A stretch of 64,000 nt of DNA from Eledone cirrhosa (taxonomy: Eukaryota): assembly GCA_964016885.1 (NCBI GenBank), contig OZ024740.1, positions 351,230,001-351,294,000 of the forward strand, written 5' to 3'. Of the stretch, positions 59,623-64,000 are shown one piece after another. The translations under genes were made by a program, and so were the position numbers. The notes beneath the pieces were generated by a model. The model did not search any database and was not told the origin of the DNA. It was given only the letters and a program-made list of their open reading frames with translations. Numbering within the stretch: position 1 is the first letter of the stretch; each line of letters opens with the position of its first letter.

Positions 59623-60953
59623 TTATATATATATATATACAAAGTTATGAGTGAGTATGCAAATGAGTGTCCAAAAGGTTGAAAAGATAGCGGTTTATTT
59701 AAATTAAACTGTTGGAAGAAATCATATGTAAGGGAGAGAGGAAAAAAAAGAAAAATAGAAAGGAGAAAGAGATAAGAGGAAAGAAAGAACGATTATACAT
59801 ATTGATAGTGAATATAGAGTGAATGAAGAAATAAGTTTCAATGGAGAAATATACACAGCGTAAATATATCTAAGTGAAAGAAGAAATAAGTTTAACGTGG
59901 AAGAATAATATTTTTAATGCAGGGTTCATTATGTTGTGATTATAATATTTATAATGATAGGTTGAAAAATTAGATTAAAATTAAAAATTAGAAATCAAAA
60001 TTAAAGATTAAAATTTCCCTTAATATTAAAGATTTAATTTAATAATTTAATATTATAAAGATTAAAAATTAAAAATTAAAAATTAAAAATTAAAATTAAA
60101 ATTAAAACAGAAGTATTTATATTATATTAAGATGTATTAGTAATAATATATTGGTTTAGATGTGTATGTTTAAATAAATATAGTATTTTACATTAGAGAA
60201 AATCTAGTATAGTTTATTTTATTAAAGTAAGTTTGGCAAAATTATATTTATTAATAGTTGTAAGTCAAAATTTAAACATCCAAATAATTCTAAGTTTATG
60301 AAAAATTTACGAGAGTTTACAAAGGAATAACTACTTAATTATATTATAAAAACAGTAAGGAAGTGTAAAGGAAGTTAGAAGTGATTTTTTAAGATCTCAA
60401 ATGACTCCAAGGATTAAATGTTATAAAGTTAACAATTTTATCTTAAGAATATAATTAAAGCATAAACCATATGTTATTTTATACGAAGTCATAAATTTAT
60501 CTTAAGAATATAATTAAAACATAAACCATAGGTTACTTTATAAGAAGTCATACTTGCTATAGAGTTAAAACAATTTATCTTAAGAATATAGTTAAAACAT
60601 AAACTATAGGTTATTTCACATATATATAAAAAAACCTATATATAAAAATCATATGTTATTCCACATATATATAAATATTTGGATACATATATTAAAAACG
60701 TTTGAAGATATAAAAATATTGGAAGATATGAAAATAATGGTTTTTCTATATCTTTCAAAGCAACTTTCAAAGAATTTTCTAAAATCTTCCGTAAGTTTTT
60801 CAAGAAAAATTTTCCTTAAAAGAGTTTCAAGCAGTCATATAAAAAAAAGTTTATAATCTATTGATAGGTGTAATAATATAAAGTATATATATGAGGTAGA
60901 GATAATAGAAAGTAAATTAAATATATATGAATCATATATAGATATAGAAAACA

Positions 60954-61760
60954 TTATGTAAGGGAGATTAACCATATATTACATTTTATATATATATATT
61001 TAAAAGTTGAGTATAAACGATGTTTACAAGAACTAAATAAATTATTTCGCAAATTAATAGAGTTCTTACTTTTTAGTATAAAAAATATTTCTTCAACGCA
61101 AAGTGAGCAATTTTTGGATAGAGCAGTGTATGAAGGAGCTTTGGAGATAATTTTCCAAAATAAAGAATAGTTAATATTCTTGGATTTTAAATTCCTTAAT
61201 AAGTTAGATAGAGAAGTTGAAGATTGTTTACCAATATTCGTAAAGGAACATTTATGGTTATTAAAACGAGATTTGAAGTCTGTGAAAGTAGAGCCGACAT
61301 AGTTAAAGGAGTTTTCACTTGTTTTGACATTACAATTGTATACTATATTTTTAACTAAACAGTTATTATTTATAGGACAGTTAGATTTATTTCTACAATT
61401 ACATTTATCTGAATTTATATTATTGGGAGCCGTAACATTATATTGGATATTGCTAGAGGTATTAATGCTATTCTGGTTAGGTTTTAAGTTTCTATTATTA
61501 ATTCTATTAATATTCTGCGCTATATTCATAGTGGTGGAATATGAGAGTTTAATAGTATGTCTATTAAAGATTGAGTAATATCTGTGTGTCTTAGGAAAGC
61601 ACTTATCTAGAGCTTTAAAATATAATTTAGCTATAGGAGTTTTAATACTTAATGAGAAAGGGGGAGCGAACCATAATATATTTCTAGTTCTATTTTTTCT
61701 TTTGATTTTCGAGTTAGTGCAAGGTTTCCTATTATAATTATATTTATAGTTATGGTTAAT
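60954..61760 (-). mobile_element. 5'-truncated PLE: linker + GIY-YIG (AT-rich UTR continues to about 59640)
   Basis: WFAPPFS, CNCRNKSNCPINNNC, IVY..YVGST..FKSRFNNH, CSLC.EE, SCKHR. Confidence 0.92.
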
Positions 61761-61799
61761 TAAGATACTTCTAAATTGTCAGCAGCAGCAAGACATAAG

Positions 61800-62225
61800 C
61801 TGCCCACAACACTAACAACACTACCAAAATAAGGGTAGAGGTCAGATGTACTTAACAATAGCAAACACAAACACTACAGGGAGCCTCACCCAGAAAGAAT
61901 TTCTATAGACTTTGGACTGAGGAATGCTCTCAAAACTGACCAATGGGAAGTTTGACCTTACAAATCTTTATAACATTGAGATAGGTATAACACACACACA
62001 TTTTATTCGATTATTTTATTTTATTTTGTTCCTTTACCATCTTATTCCTTCTACCACTTTATCACCTTTTTTTAGCTGACTCCAACAACAACACCACTAC
62101 CAACATAAGAATAGAGGTCAGATGTACCTAACAATAAAAAGAACAACTACAGATTGGCTTGCCTCAGAACGAATTTCTATATACTTTTGACTGAGGAATG
62201 TTCTAACAACTGACCAATGAGAGGA
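61800..62225 (+). repeat. Diverged direct duplication (about 140 bp units near 61805 and 62082)
   Basis: cactacca..ataag..tagaggtcagatgtac.taacaata...gaatttctata.acttt.gactgaggaatg...aactgaccaatg occurs twice. Confidence 0.75.
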
Positions 62226-62382
62226 GAAGAGGCCCTTTGATGCTGAAATTCGTTTGTTTAAATCCATATGATTCCAGTTCCTCAGAGAATTAACAACCCA
62301 ACCAGGAACTGGGCATATCAGAGTATTGACAAAGTTATACACCTCAACAACATGTGTACTCGTCTCTACCACACTAATTCGG

Positions 62383-62437
62383 ACTGCCTGAATAGGTCAG
62401 AGCCAAAGATGGCTGTCACCGAAATATATATAGCAGT
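62383..62437 (+). ncRNA. Type I hammerhead with G8U lesion
   Basis: ACUGC/GCAGU, CUGAAUA, stem II GGU..AGCCA/UGGCU..ACC, GAAA U AUAU A, AUA. Confidence 0.7.
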
Positions 62438-62483
62438 AATAAACGAAGCCAAATTTTAAAAATTTGACTTATTTATTTCATTT

Positions 62484-62563
<80 letters not shown>

Positions 62564-62604
62564 ATTTATATATATTTATATATATATATATTTATATATA
62601 TATA

Positions 62605-62715
<111 letters not shown>

Positions 62716-62752
62716 ATTAAATAAATGGAAACTATATTTATAAAACCATATT

Positions 62753-62818
62753 TATTTCATTATATATATTTCAGGGATAACATATTAACAATATGCTATG
62801 CCTTCCTCAGACAAAATA
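62753..62818 (-). ncRNA. Type I hammerhead ribozyme
   Basis: UAUUUUGU/AUGAAAUA, CUGAGGA, 13 bp stem II, GAAA U AUAU A, AUA. Confidence 0.8.
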
Positions 62819-62927
62819 CAATATAAGCAGTTTTATAGATAAATAGATTCGACATACCGTAACAACATCTACTTGCATTTGAGAAGGTTGATTTGGTTGT
62901 GATAAAATTGTACACAGAGAGAAAGAA

Positions 62928-62958
<31 letters not shown>

Positions 62959-63199
62959 AAAAAGGAAAGAAAGACAGAAAATGAAGAAAAAGAAAAAGAA
63001 GAAATGCATGGAACAAAATAGAGAGATGGAAAGATAGATAAAGAGAAGAACTTCATGTAAAGAAACAGAAAGAGATATATATATAGAGAGAGAGGGGAAA
63101 TAGAGATAGATACATATATAGAAAGCTAGGTAGTGGGACGACTGTTGAATAACGTATCAATGATACATTTATTTATTTATTTATTTAGCTCTAGTATTA

Positions 63200-63620
63200 A
63201 TGTAAGGGAGATATATGTCCGTTAAATAACAACTGCTTAGTTAAAAATATAGTATACAATTGTAATGTTAATACTGACTCTAATTCTTTTAACTACGTCG
63301 GTTCCACATCGACGGAATTTAAACTTCGCTATAATAACCACAAGAATTCTTTCACGGATCCAAGTAAAAAATCTTCAACGGCACTATCAGGCGTACTATG
63401 GCAACTTAAGCTAGATAACGTTAGATATTCGACGGCTTGGAATATAGTCTCAAGAGGGATTCCTTTTAATTCATCCTCTGAGACATGTGACCTCTGCGCA
63501 GAGGAGATATTCTTTATACTAAAATCTAAAAATTCCCTTAATCTACGGACAAATTTATTCAGTTGTTGCAAACATAGATTAAACTCAACGTTTAAATATA
63601 AATTTAAATTTAAAATGTAG
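63200..63620 (+). mobile_element. PLE GIY-YIG fragment (not in ORF track)
   Basis: Manual translation CPLNNNCLVKNIVYNC...YVGSTSTEFKLRYNNHK...CDLCAEEIFFIL...CCKHR. Confidence 0.9.
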
Positions 63621-63686
63621 TATATTTAGTTTGATTTATAATTATATGGGAAACTAGCCGATAAATCTTTGATTCTCTTTTTACTC

Positions 63687-63717
<31 letters not shown>

Positions 63718-64000
63718 TATTTAAACATTCTTCATGAAAAATTAAGCTATCCTAAAAGTTGATGCTCCAAATATTTCGAATAGAAGTTACACTAGATAAA
63801 CTTCTATATTAAATATAAGAACACATGTAGACCAAATTGGGCATCCTATACTTTTTGAAATGATCTTTGCTAGATGCGATTTGATAGATAATTTTTGGCT
63901 TTATCTGTTTTTCGACTCTGATGTTTATAATGAACTTGGCAATATATTGTCAATTAATTTTGAAGGGTTGATCTTTGTGGTTTATTTTATTTTTATTACT

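Noticed and set aside
60430-60670. About 60-bp periodic repeats as a CRISPR-like array
   Set aside because: Eukaryotic context, whole units are similar with no unique spacers, and no cas genes; a UTR minisatellite.
63745-63895. Possible HHR downstream of the last GIY-YIG fragment
   Set aside because: CUAUC/GAUAG stem and hairpins are present but the core (CUAAAAG) is too degenerate to call.

Overview
AT-rich animal genomic DNA with no intact host gene. The SINE types and the density of (TA)n/(TATG)n microsatellites suggest an octopus or other coleoid cephalopod (inference). Nearly all Y/I/H-rich ORFs in the track are microsatellite artefacts. The window is a nested retroelement graveyard: about 8 coding copies or fragments of Penelope-like elements (PLEs; GLYRDD RT plus CxCx5Cx5C linker plus C-terminal GIY-YIG, Naiad-like), one decayed Gypsy LTR element, one near full-length Tx1/L1-clade LINE plus decayed relatives, RTE-derived non-autonomous repeats, tRNA-derived SINEs and a mariner-type MITE. 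The most striking signals are non-coding. (1) At least 9 sequence families of type I hammerhead ribozyme (HHR) motifs can be folded by eye, several atypical: U3-A8 core covariation, a 100-115 nt stem II with compensatory changes, U4A cores, and recurrent U.U closure of stem II. (2) About a dozen insertions from about 7 families share one architecture: they sit in microsatellites (almost all (TA)n) as head-to-head foldbacks of the ribozyme-bearing terminus, with one arm ending flush at a fixed internal site and the other carrying a fixed 50-135 nt tail. This suggests both target ends routinely prime reverse transcription. (3) Two large multi-stem RNA domains of unknown function lie in PLE non-coding regions. 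All structures were folded by hand and none is experimentally or computationally validated.
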